A stretch of DNA of 64,000 nt from Paraspadella gotoi (taxonomy: Eukaryota > Animalia > Chaetognatha), in NCBI GenBank assembly GCA_051294375.1, contig JBJCIZ010000239.1:6425996-6489995 (forward strand), written 5' to 3'. How positions within the stretch are numbered: the stretch's first letter is position 1; each line of letters opens with the position of its first letter. Positions 1 through 12,497 of the stretch are shown here, in pieces. The notes beneath the pieces were generated by a model that saw only the letters and a list, made by a program, of their open reading frames with translations, did not search any database and had not been told where the DNA came from. Position numbers and translations under genes: made by a program.

Positions 1-523
1 TCGATACTTTTCTCTTTCTTCTCGTTGGCGGTCGGGCGAACGCGGGCTGAGAATTGCGTCGGGCGTTTCCCTTTAAATTTTTAACAAATAATTTTAATAA
101 AATGACCATATTTCGGTTATTTTGTGAATAAGGCCCTTAGAATAGATAAGGCAGCTTAGAACGGGTCTCGAGATTGGAACCAGGCTTGGGGGGTCGCTAC
201 GCCCCAATGCCTCCCTAAGGCAGCTTAAGGCCGTCCTCACCCTTCTCGGAGGGCAGGTAGTGGCCATGAGCTGATGGCTTTTCGCGATGAGTCAGCGATT
301 CACGACAGAGGGATTGATAATTATTTTCGGGATGTATCTCGGTAATGCCCGCTACAATTTTAGATGATGCATAGTGAGGGGTGGTGATATTTAAAAGTCA
401 AAACAAAACAAAAACGATCGCCTCCGGAACTGACCTTGGCCGTAAGAAGGAACGGTGGACCCTAGACTGTCCAAACGTTTTGAAACGGAATGTCGAGCGT
501 AAAGAGGCGGATAAGTGCCTAGT

Positions 524-566
<43 letters not shown>

Positions 567-1735
567 TACCACCTTGAAAAAAAAAAACGAGCAAAAAGTT
601 CATAAAATTTCTTTCTCGATTTTAATCCGACGCTGATCATTTCTTTACCGACGGAATTTCCTCGGTGGGCGCGACCGGCGCCGTAATTTTCCTGAGAAGC
701 GGAGGCGGCGCCAGAGCCGACAGCGTCGGCGTCTCCGGTAATCGTCGCCATCGTCGACGCCGGCGTGACTCTCGGCCGGGCGTTCCTCGGCGGCGGAGGC
801 GGGGACGAGGCTCGCTCATCGACGGAGGGCTGGTGGGCCGCGGGCGCCGCCTCCTCGGGCGTCGATGACGTCGCCGATTGAACGACGGAAGACTCGGGAG
901 ACGCGAGGCTCGTGGACGAAGGGATCGACGGGGAAGCGGGGAAATCTAAGCGGGGGGGAGAGGAGAAGGGGGGAAATGATAGGAACTGACCCCTCCCAAA
1001 CGAAGTGATCAAATCCCCCCCTTGCCCCGGCTCCCCTTTTCCAATGAGGACTTTCACGAACCTGTAGCATCGTTGTCCGATTGAGGTAGAGGTTCGAAAG
1101 AAGGTTTTCGGACTACTTCGTCAACGGATGCGCCGAAAGATGTCGCCTTGTCGGCTTTGTCCGGTTCAAAGCCGGAGCCGACGTCCGGCTCTGCCCTTTT
1201 CTCGCCCGGCTGAGAAACATATTAAATAAATAAACGATTGAAACAATCCTTGGACTATTTATTGTACCGCTTTACTGATAAGGAAGCCAGGTACTATAGA
1301 AATAAAGAGTGAAAGAGTCTTGATTGAAAGCTAGCAGAGTCTTGGTATACTAATATTTTGTAGTAAGGACTAAGGATGGAGGACAAAGGATTAATAATAA
1401 AAGAATGGATAATTTTTATATGAGACCTGTTTCTCGATGAACGGAAGGCGCCCACAACGCCATTCCTCCTCCCCCTGAGAGTTCGCCCGTTCCTCGAGCG
1501 GCCTGGAGGCGGAACCGCCGACGGGAGGCAGGCGAACCTTGCCGCCGGCGTCCCGCTTGCGCCTGCCTCGACCGGAGGATCGACGAACGCCGCTCTGCGT
1601 CGGCGAAGGAGTCGATCTTCTCCTGGCTGCTGCTGCGGCGGCGGCGGCGGCGCTGGTGGGATGATTTGACGAGGATCCGGGACGGGAGGACTTTTTCGTT
1701 CTTTTCCCTTTGGACTGAAAGGGAGGAGAGGATGA

Positions 1736-1801
<66 letters not shown>

Positions 1802-2036
1802 AAACGGGGAAAAGGAAAAAGGAGATGAAAGCAAAACGGACAGGGGGAGAAAAGAAACGAAGGTAGGGAAAAGAACGGGGGAAAAAAAAAAGAGTAGGTT
1901 GGGTTAGGCTTGACGATTTGACGTTTAGCGCTAAGCTGAGAGAAAGCAAGAAATAACGTAAGGAGGCCGAACTGCCTCGAATCTATCCATCTCTCTCTCC
2001 CTCGAATCTATCCATCTCTCTCTCTCTATGCTTGCG

Positions 2037-2088
<52 letters not shown>

Positions 2089-4427
2089 TAGATGAGAGAG
2101 AGAGAAAGGGACATTCGATAAAATGGTTTGTCGGTTTCTTCCACAGTAGAATATTTACATTAAAAAATAAACTCCGACATCCGGCCCCACCCAACCAACC
2201 CTCCCTCCATCATTTCCAGCACCACCTTCTTAGCTTTCTTCATCGAGGCCAAGAGATTCCTCATCTTCTCCCGCGTGGCGTCGTTCTCCATCACGCGGGC
2301 GTCGATCTCTTCGTCCGTCGAGGAAGTCTCGGGAATCGGGAGCCCGTAATAACTACCGAACCAAGAGATGAATGTCATTGGTTATATAATTATACGTTAT
2401 TAGGTTATACAATTACATTATGTCATTGAAATAAATTGGTCATAAAATTTCTCGATCGTGTGGGAAGCACAGTTAAACAAGGTATGCAGTCGACGGTAAA
2501 ACTAAATTTCTTTTTCTGAAGCTCGCCTACCCCCATTTACCCACGCGCACTAGCCACTACGCACCCGTTGTGGGCTGCCACGTTTTCGACAATGGGTCAG
2601 CGTTCCGTCGCTACGTTCAACGACACGAAAGAAGTTGATGTGATCGCCTGTGAGGAATTAACGGACGAGGAAGTTGAAAACTTCGACTAAACCCCATCTT
2701 TCAAATAGAAAGAGTGAACTTTTTAAAAGAACGGAATCGATGTGAAAACATTGAACCAAGTTGGTCCAAATTGTAATTTTTTTTGGTGAATTTATTTTTT
2801 CCTCTTTTTAAATTGTAGGCATACAGGCCTACGTCAGTATATGTTCAGCTCATTTATCGATTGTATTGTTATTGTTTAAAAAGTTCACCCATTGCGAATA
2901 ATAAAAAATCAATTAAGTAACAAATATAAAGAAATATTGAATTCATTTCGAAAATCAACAACAACAACAACGACGAAACCTTTAGGTAATTCTCTTTCCG
3001 CCCCCCCCCTTTAAAACCTTCTCTGAAAACAAGGAGGGTGACTTGACGATTTCCGGGCATTTGTTCCCAGAGGTCGTCGTGCGTCGATTCCACGAACTCC
3101 GTCATCTCGCGATAAGAAGACGAATCCTCCATCGTGACTTGAAGGAAAAACAAGAGGGAATCGAAAACTAGAAGTATGGAAGGAGGATAACATTTCATAT
3201 TTTCCTTTTATCCTTTATTAAATAAATAATTAAATATTTATAAAATAAATCAAAGATACAATATACCGATTAGTAGTAAATAAAATAAAGAAAATCTTAG
3301 GCAAACTCGCCCCAAATGGAAGGTTAAATCCGCCGAGCGACGAGTTTAATTCTGGCGGTCACTCGTATGATCAGAACTGCCTTTTCTTTATCGCTAGAAC
3401 TAGTTCGGTTCTCTCAAACTTGGTCGAAATGTCTCTGTCTCTCTCGTCTCTCGTCTCTCGTCTCCATCTCATTTTAGCTCATTAAAATGTTTCCAAAGAA
3501 AGATCCCACAATCCGCTAAATAGATTGTTCGGACTAGGTTAACTTATAGCCAATCTCTCACAGCGACAAATCAAATAACGAACTAACAACTCACTTCTTC
3601 TGGTGTTGATGGGGCCTCCCCTCATGGCCAGGACCAGCTTGAGGGTGGCCCCCTCGGGAATGCTGTAGTCGTGGAGGCAGTAATCGTCCTCCAGTTCTTC
3701 CGACTGGTAGATGAGATGCTGTTGCACCAGCGGAATTCCTGGACCCGACAGAGAAAGGAGTGGAGTAGGGAGGAGGAGGGAGGAGGAGGAGGAGGAAAGG
3801 AAGATGGATCGTGTGATGTTATAATTTATGTAGGAAACAAATCTTGCAAAGAGTAAAAGTAAAATTTTGCGCAAAAGCCGCGAACCTTCCGTCCTCTGAA
3901 TCTTGGCCTTGACGCTCATGACGGTCTCGAAGGGGGAGACCCGGAGCTCGAAGACGGTTCCGGTCAACGTCTCCACGAAGATCTCCATCCCCAGACTGTA
4001 GAACCGGAAGCTGCCCGGCAGGAAGTAGGGGGAACGACGCCCACCGCCCTCCGCGCTTGGCCCGCCTGAAAGTTGGGGGGAGATAGGGGGGTGGGAAAGA
4101 CTAAATAATTTAAATAAGTACTAAAAACATTTGTTGTAAATCATTATATTTTCTCAATTCGTCCTCAGCAACTAACACGACCTGTCCCACCGCCCCACTA
4201 TCAACGAGATAAATTCCCCCCCCCTTAAGTTTCTCGGGACTTTTTAAATTTTCCTTCCAATACCTCTCTGTGTGACATTAAAGACCCCCTCTGTCTCTCT
4301 CTGTCTCACCCGTTTTGTAGTTGGCGTTTTCAATTTCCCCATCATCGTCGTCGTCGGTATCGTCGCCCGAGTCGTCGTTGCTCGAACCTTTGTCCTCCAC
4401 TTCCTCTTCTTCTTCCTCCGCAGTCAT
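1..4427 (-). CDS. ZFAND4: AN1-type zinc finger / ubiquitin-like protein 4 (ANUBL1), multi-exon, 3' end runs off the window
   Basis: Exons (minus): 4427-4310, 4065-3886, 3738-3595, 3137-3018, 2647-~2582, 2352-2226, 1714-1427, 1209-1062, 945-649, 572-435, 70-<1. The spliced product contains MEIFVETLTGTVFELRVSPFETVMSVKAKIQRTEGIPLVQQHLIY...LKLVLAMRGGPINTRR, then QVTLLVFREGDHINFFRVVERSDGTLT and ENDATREKMRNL, matching the ZFAND4 ubiquitin-like N-terminus. Phases agree except for an apparent 1-nt loss near 2594; the frame of the last partial exon is uncertain. The AN1 finger is expected left of the window. Confidence 0.88.
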
Positions 4428-5950
4428 TCTCGCTGCTGGGCGGACGGGATTCGAACCCCGGACGTTTCGGCCATCACACGTTGTCTTTTTGTTTTTCCCC
4501 CCTTAACGTTCTAACGATTTTTATGGTCTTCACTGGCCGCTTGCTCCTCGTTCATTGTTACGTTGCATCGATTATTTTATTTGAAAAAAATTTAAATTGA
4601 TTTCTAAGAAACGAAATTTTTTTTTTTTAGTTTTCAGAACCTATTAAATATAATCTGCAGCAACAAGGACACGCGATGGAATGAAAAATTGTCGCAAGAT
4701 TAAAAAAAAAAAAAAAACACGGGCTAATCGAAGAGAGATGAGAAGGAAAAAGGAAAATAGGAAAAAAATGGGAAAAGAAATTGGAACTTATGCTTATGCG
4801 ATGAAAAATGGATGGGCCGCGGTATCAATGAAAGTCAGATTGGTAAAGAGTAAAAAATCCAGAGTATCTTGAAAATATTTTCAACTAAGTACGACGAAAA
4901 TGTACGATTACGCAGCTGACGGCTAAACACACAAACAAAAAATACCCAAAAACACACACCAAAGAAATCCTGACTTCATTTTTAGCCCCTAGAGCTTACA
5001 AATTTCAATATATATATAAATTGATTTCTAATATCTATGTATAATTATCACTACCCATTTCCGTTCAAGCAAACGGAAAAAAAAATAAGGCACATGGGAC
5101 TTGTAAAAATTACTAAAAAGAAATAATAATTATAAGGACGACAATTAAGGCCCATTTTTGGGAGAAAGGAAAAAAAATGTATTTGAAAATACAGACCAGG
5201 CCATCGTGGCATGTTGCAAATGAGCAAGGACTCGAAAGCTAAACAAACAAACAAAAAAAAGCCAAAACGAAAAATGAAAATGGAATAAATTGCTAAGTCT
5301 TGATTTCCGGCTCATTTAATAAAAACAGGAAAAAAACTATCAACGCTACAAAAATAGTATTATTTTGTAAAATATTTCATCCAAACTGACAGATAAAAAA
5401 ATGATAAAATGGCGATTGTACAACTTACATTAAAATATTTTACAGCACATATTTCAGTTGGAATATCGGGATAATGGCCGCGGGGGAGGGAAGGGTTGAA
5501 GGGTTGAAGAGTGGAGAGTGGTCGGGTTGGATGAATAAAAAAAGGTGAGTTCAACACCTTGATCACAATGAAATGGCCTTTTCGTAAAAATGCTATCCAA
5601 AAAAAAGTGTCACGATATATGTAGACCATGAATATCGGAAAGACAAGAACACGCTTCAATAATCCGTCTCAAGTTAATCGTCATTACCCCGCGGAATAAA
5701 GGGGTATACCTCAAAATTAAAATTTAATTTATAACTGCACATTGTGCAGTGCACAATCTCTCCGTAGTGAAAGGTTCTATTAATCTACAGTTTTTTTGTG
5801 AAAAAAAATAAGACCTCTACCGATTTTTTGACGGCGATTGTTCTGGGCGGAGGCACTTACAAAATTACATAGCATTTATAAACTTTCTCCAAAAATTAAT
5901 AAAGCAAATTACTATAATTATATTACTATAATCGGAATCTATTTTCGTTT

Positions 5951-6947
5951 TTAAGTCCCGCCACCGTCGCCAGCGGATGTGCCGTCGCTGTCTCCGACTT
6001 GGCTACAGAGTTTTCCGTTTTTGGTGAGCAAAATATTAGAATTGACTTCGACGTTTTTGTTGAGCAAAACGTTAGAATTGACTTCGACGTTTTCCTCGGA
6101 GTCGGAATCGGATTTGGTGGAATCTCCGTCGTTGGAATCTCCGTCGGTGTCGCTTCGTGAGTCTTTCGTCAGTTCGCCTTGATCAATTTTTATCATATCG
6201 TTATATAATATATATTATTCCTTATTATGTACATTCAAGAGGGAACTGGGGACCTAACTCAGAAGAGAGGCCATTAGTAACGGTACAAGGAGATACACGG
6301 TTTGACCTCAAAGGAGTGGTTACAACACCTATATATGCTGTCCGATGGTCACGCTCAATATTTTATTATTTAGAAAAGTGCCGTTTTGTCTCTTATGAAA
6401 TTGGTACAACAAATATAAAACTTTTATAACTTTTTAAAAAAAACTTTTTCTGACGTAGTCAATAAAAATTTCTCCCCAGGATTTTGATGAATTATATTTG
6501 ACAGTATGACTATACGACTCATATTATTATCAACAATGGTCAATATGTCGAACGATGCGCTCTCTAACTCACCGTCGGTGACGGCGGCGAAGACTATCCT
6601 CAGAATCATGTAGGTCCAGAAGACGTGGAGGACCTGGAGGACGAGGAGCAGAGTGATGAAGACGTACCAGGCGCCGAAGTCGTCGAGGATCGAGCGGCAC
6701 TCGAAGGCGACAGAGTAGACTGGAAAGAGCGGGTAGACGACGAGGCGTGACACCAGCCAAATCAGCGTGAAGGTGACGAAGAGGAAGTCGCAAAGACGGT
6801 CGTAGCAACAGTACTTGGCGATCTTGGCCGCCTCAAGCCAAATGTCCACCACGTCGTGGAGCACGATGATGTAGCAGCCTGGGAGAGGATCGGAAGAGAG
6901 AGTGGGGGTGTGTGTGTGAGAGAGAGAGAGANNNNNNNNNNNNNNNN

Positions 6948-6981
<34 letters not shown>

Positions 6982-8009
6982 AAGCAAGAGAAAAGACATT
7001 ATTTCGTTTATTTATTTATTTATTTATTTATTTCTAAAAGCGACACAATACATAAATTACGCTAAACGCGTTCATCCTTTCTTCGCTATCAAATTCGAAA
7101 AGTTACAAGAACATAATCCGCTATTGGTAACGTCCAACTAACCTATCCTGACCATGTTGTTAAACCAAGAAAAGCTCAACAGTATGATGGTCACGACGTG
7201 GTGTATGAGCATCTGCCAAAAGTCCTTCCGCTGAATGTCGAAAAAGCATGAGAGAACGAGGGACCAATAAAAGCAGAGAACCCCGACGTAGTATATCCAG
7301 GCGTCGTCGCCGAGCCGGTGCTGCTCGGGAAACCCGAGCCAAAAGTGCCGCGTGTCCCAAATCCACGGTTCTCCGTAGTTGACGTAGACGCCGAAGAGAA
7401 AGGCGATCAGGTAGTAGGCGAATCGCCAGGCGGACTCGTTGAACTTGGCGATCTTCGGCGGGCGCAAGGAAGAGTTCTTGCGGCGGAACCAACGGGCGAC
7501 TCGGCGGGCGTCCAGGTCGACGCGCTTGGAGATGGCCGCGATCTCCGACGGAGACGGACGGCGGTTGGCGCGGAAGGCGAGCTCGAGGCGAGAGTCCGGT
7601 AACGGCGGGCGTTTCAAAGCGGGAGAGGCAGAGGAGATGCCGAGAGCGAGACCGAGGTTGGTGGCGACGTAGCGCTCGAACGCGTATCTGGAGAAAGAAA
7701 TCAATTAATTAATTAATTAACACCGTTTTAAGAAATTATTACGAAATTGTTCAGCTTATCCCGTTCTATTCGAACCAACCCATCTCCAAAGAATTTCGAA
7801 CCCCCCCCTCATCACCTAACCTCAGCAGCAGCACGGCCTCACCTCAGCAGCAGCATGAGCGGGGCGAAGAGGATGGGGACGAGGAGGTCTTTGCCCTGCG
7901 GGTATCTCGCCGTCGGCGTCGACTCCAGGTCTTTCCAGGTCAGATTTCCCGGGAGCCAAAAGTCCTCGTTGTACAGAGTCCACTCCAGCGTTTCCTCCAG
8001 CCACTCCAT
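5951..8009 (-). CDS. CERS: Ceramide synthase with homeodomain-like segment (CerS2-6/schlank type), 4 exons
   Basis: Exons 8009-7843, 7687-7143, 6878-6573, 6177-5951 join in frame at GT-AG sites. N-terminal 'YNEDFWLPGNLTWKDL', homeodomain-like 'RRVARWFRRK', 'KFNESAWRF', Lag1 motif 'QRKDFWQMLIHHVVT...LHDVVDIWLEAAK', and an acidic 'DSRSD' tail. Confidence 0.95.
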
Positions 8010-8644
8010 TATATTTTTTTTTTCTAAATCCAAAAACTCTAAGAGTAGAAACATGAAGATTTAAATGTCCAACGGTTTCGGAATGAAAGAAAATTTAAAA
8101 AAAAATGTTAAGACGTGGATTAAAGAGATTTGCAATGTCAGCAAGGATTACACTGGGATATAGAGAGAGAGAGAGACGATTTCAAAGAACAACGATATAT
8201 GCGGGCGAAGGTTTAAACCTTATCGTCCACGAGGTATAAATAAAGAAAATCAATATCATTTTTAAAGGAAGATACGTTTTATTGCCCCTCCCTATTTCAA
8301 AAGGGCGCCGAAGAAACTGTAGAGAAAATAAAGCAATACCATATGAAGTACTCTGCAAAGCCAGTTGAGTAACGCTTTACATAATAAATATTAAACCACG
8401 AACAAACGAATCCCCGAACAAAGAAAAAATAATTCCCGGCGTCGTCACCCGAATTAAGAGTTCAACGTCCAATAAAATAAACGGGAAAAGATGGGACCAA
8501 AAAAAAGAGAGGCTTCCTTGACAACGAAAACAACAACTACAACAACAACTGAATCGGCTCCTGAGAAGAGCGAATCGGCTCGAAAAATTAATATTTTTTT
8601 TTTTCTTCCTATTCGTCACGCGACGGAGTTCAGGTTGTTGACTC

Positions 8645-8709
<65 letters not shown>

Positions 8710-10354
8710 GCCAATGTCATAGACAATTGAACGGAGAGACAGAGGGAAATAGAGTTCGAGTTGTTTTTTTTTTAACGGGCTGCCAATTAAGAAACTAGCT
8801 AAACCCGGAGTGACCTTTTTCTTTAATGGATAAAGCGATGCGATGCATCTCCACAAGCCATAAATTTTACTCAATATCATAATAATCATAAAAAATGGCG
8901 AATCATCCCCAAAAAAACCAGGTGTAATAATGGTCGAGGCATCTTGAGATTTTCCAGTGCCAAAAACGACGCAGTAAAAGATTAAAAAGAGATAAGTAAA
9001 AATGATCAAAAGGATTTCATAAAAGGCGAGCAGATATCCCGAGATCCTTTTTCTTCGAAGACTTTCAGAGAAGAAAAGCCTCCCACTTTTTATTTCCCGA
9101 TGCGATAAAAGATAAGATCGTCGGGGACGTCTTTTCTAAATTGAATTCATCTCCTCTCTCTCTCTCTCTCTTAAATTCATTCACATTCCCAGGGTTCAGA
9201 AAACTTTCTCCCTTCTCAAAAGTCTCGACGGATGTTTTCTATTTCTGGGTCGCGTCGAAAGACGGAAACGAATTTTTACGACGTAAATTCTGTAGAAAAA
9301 AACCAATAAATAAACAATCGTGAGCGAAACGTGGTCAGAACGTTAGAATTAGAAATACAATCGTGTATGTAGCTCAAGACGTCCCGTCTTAGATTAGCGA
9401 GGGGAAACGATTGAGAAGAGAACAAGAGAATTAAAATAAATCTAAACAAAATTAATTTGAAGAAAAAAAAAAAAGAATCTTTTTTCATAAAAAATCTAAA
9501 GTAGAAATTTTATTCTAGTTTTAGGGAGGTTTTTAAGATGCTGATGCGCGAATTTGTGCTATTACTAATAAATTTAAAGGCCGAATGAGCTAATAAAATA
9601 CATAAATTTTATATTTATAAGATACACGATTTTATTAGAATAAAACAATTTTTATAGAACAAATAAAATAATATTTTACTTTAATACATTTTACCAGGTT
9701 ACGCATTAAATATTATTAATTGGGCTTCCTTTTCTCATCTCGCTTTAAAATAAAATCAAGCAAACAACATTTTTTAAAAATTATAAATAAAAATACTTTC
9801 GTCAATAATAAGTTTCAAATATAAAATATATAAGTATAGATTAAAGGAATTAATAAATGTTAAGTTAAAGGTTTCCAATTAAAAAAACTGAAAAAAACCT
9901 TTTTAATTTTAGAGTTTCAAGGGCGTAAGACATCGAGAAAGAGAAAAAAGTTTATATTACAGCATGCATTTATATATTTCACATGAAAGGGGAAAGAAGG
10001 AAAAATTAAACGTATTTTTTCTTTTTTCAATTTAAACTGTAATTTCCATTTCATTCATTGAAACTTATTTAAAAGCTCAATCACACACTTCTTTACACAC
10101 ACACAAAATTTCAAGTCAATCGCCCTATCCTATCCTATCCTATCCTATCCTTAGCGTTTACAGCTAAGGGGGGAACGGACGGACGGACATTCGATGTACT
10201 AACATGATGTAAACAAATGAACGAAAGATTGTGGTTTGGACCGACATAGTGAGCCGGCATCTACAATAAGGGCCCCATTAAGGGGGAAGGAAGACAGAGA
10301 GAGAGAGAGAGTTTTAAGTTTTTAATATAAATTTTATTCAATATTCGACGCTCC

Positions 10355-10410
<56 letters not shown>

Positions 10411-10470
10411 TAATAGTGAGAGAGAGAGAGAGAGAGAGAGAGTGTCCAAGGGCGTCCCTCATTCCCGACT

Positions 10471-11357
10471 TCAATCATAATCGTCGTCGTCGTCTCCTTC
10501 CTCTCCATTCCTCCTCCTCCCCTCCTCCTCCTCTTCCTCCCTCAGTCTCAACGCCTCTTGAGTTCTGGCCCAATCGGAGCCGATGGCGGAGCGCTCCGCC
10601 TCCCTGGCGCGGGCGAAGAGTTCCTGCTGCTGACGAAGGAGTTCCTCCTCGCTGACGCCGAGGTTCTCGAGTCTCGTGGAGGCGCGGCGCCGTTTCGCCG
10701 CCGCCTCCTTGCAGTCCCGCAGCGCCGCGGTCGCCTCCTGGCGGTAGGCGGCGAAACCGAGGGCGTCCATGGCGTCGAGGGCGTGCTCGGGGCTTATCGT
10801 CCGCTTGAGGTCCTCCTCGCAGATTTGGTTGGCGCGGGCGGCGATGAGGCGGATGAATTCGGTGCAGCAGTTCGTCACGAGGTCGCGGGCGTCGTTGGAG
10901 ACCCGGATGTTGGGGAGGGTGTCTTTTTAAAGGGGGGGTCGGTGGGAAAGGAAGGTGAGGAAGAGGGGAAATAGGGAGAGAGAATATCGGAGGGAAATTT
11001 TAATAGAGTAGAGGGGAAGATGGAGCGGAAGTAAGGTTAAGAAAATAAACAATGAAATTTAAGGAAGCGGATAAATAAATCGAAAACATACGGCGCGGGT
11101 TTGATAAATTAATTAGCCTATAAAGAAAAAGATACAAAGAACAAGGTATAGAGAAAAAGATAAAGAACTTACTGCCAAAGCCGAACCGGGTTGATAATAC
11201 ATCAGATCGCCGATGCGACCTCCCCCCCTTCCCCACTTTTCGAGGCCTCACCTTTGATCATTTTGTTGATGGCCGCGCGGGGAATGTTAAGGTCCTCGGC
11301 TTCCTCTTGGCCGCCTCCTCCAAATCCTCTGCCGACGTCACCTTCCACGTCGGCCAT
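10471..11357 (-). CDS. DR1: Protein Dr1 / negative cofactor 2-beta (histone fold), 2 exons
   Basis: Exons 11357-11252 and 10922-10471. Product reads ...DLNIPRAAINKMIK-DTLPNIRVSNDARDLVTNCCTEFI...TISPEH...RLENLGVSEEELLRQQQELFA, the Dr1 signature sequence. Confidence 0.95.
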
Positions 11358-12497
11358 CCTTTTGATGTTTTGTTTTGTTTTTTGTTTGTTTTGCTTTTTA
11401 ATTTTGTTTCTGTCCTCGTTTAATTTTCTTGTTTTTTTATTAGAACAAACTTTTATTTCCCCTGAGAAAGAAATGATTTTTGACTAGAAAATTTGTTTTT
11501 TTTTTTCTCTAAAAAACGCGGAGGAAAAAAAAAGGGGTCTCGACGTTTTGTTAGAGAATATAAAGAGAAGAGCGATGGACATTTTTAGTATATAAATTAT
11601 GAAAGCGATTTAACTGATTTCAGCGAAGAATTGTATAAAATTTACGTAATAGATGATTTTATTAATAGGATAAATAAAGGCTATATGCTTATGAGAAAAT
11701 TTTAACTACTAAAATAACTTTTATTATATTAACTACGAGCGGAATATTATTTTCTATTTCATACTGGCATACATAAAACTAGAATATCGCTGAATAAAAT
11801 ATTCCTCTCTGGCGCTAGAATAAACGCTCGTCACAAAGATACAATGTTGTCGGGTAACCTTGCGATGAGACGCCAGAGTTTTAATTAAAACGTATTATGT
11901 AAAAGATGGAATATTATTATCAAAGTACGAATCCAAAGGCAAAGTGGAAAATCCCATTTTTCAACAAGCGACGATTCAACGTTAACAACTGATAATATTT
12001 GATAAAGAACGAGAGAGAAAACTGTAAAGAATAAGATTAAAAGACGATCATTTTTCTATATTACAAACAGTAACTTGAAGTATCAGTATTTAACTATCAG
12101 TATAACATGCATAAAAAATATGCGAGTTTCTTATTTGAATCCGTAAATAGATGTTTAAATATTGAAAAATTAGCAAAATTAGTTTTCAAGTTCAGCATCC
12201 AACAAGACTAAGTTCAGCGAAGAAGGAATTGAAATCACAACTACGTAGCTTTAGAAACCGATTAGTACCAAAAGGCAAAGTCACCAACGATTATTAACAT
12301 TAAATACGAAAAGAGTTACGAACATATTTATCAATGAACCATCCGACAATTCCCCATGAGATTTACTAAGTCACAGTATGTCACCCATGGTGTTTCTAAA
12401 AATAGCAGTTTTGATTTTGTTTTTTCCTACTTTTCCAAACTTTTTTTTTCGTGGACTTCCGGCAGCGAAGCCTCGAAGCCTCGAAGCCTCGCAAGTC

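Noticed and set aside
4435-4465. tRNA gene suggested by GGGGTTCGAATCCC on the minus strand
   Set aside because: The T-stem is only 3 bp, and there is no matching acceptor stem or A-box. It lies in the ZFAND4 leader.
8377-9430. Additional protein-coding gene between DR1 and CERS
   Set aside because: Only short, unrecognisable frames, and I could not build a phase-consistent exon chain. Possibly UTR exons.
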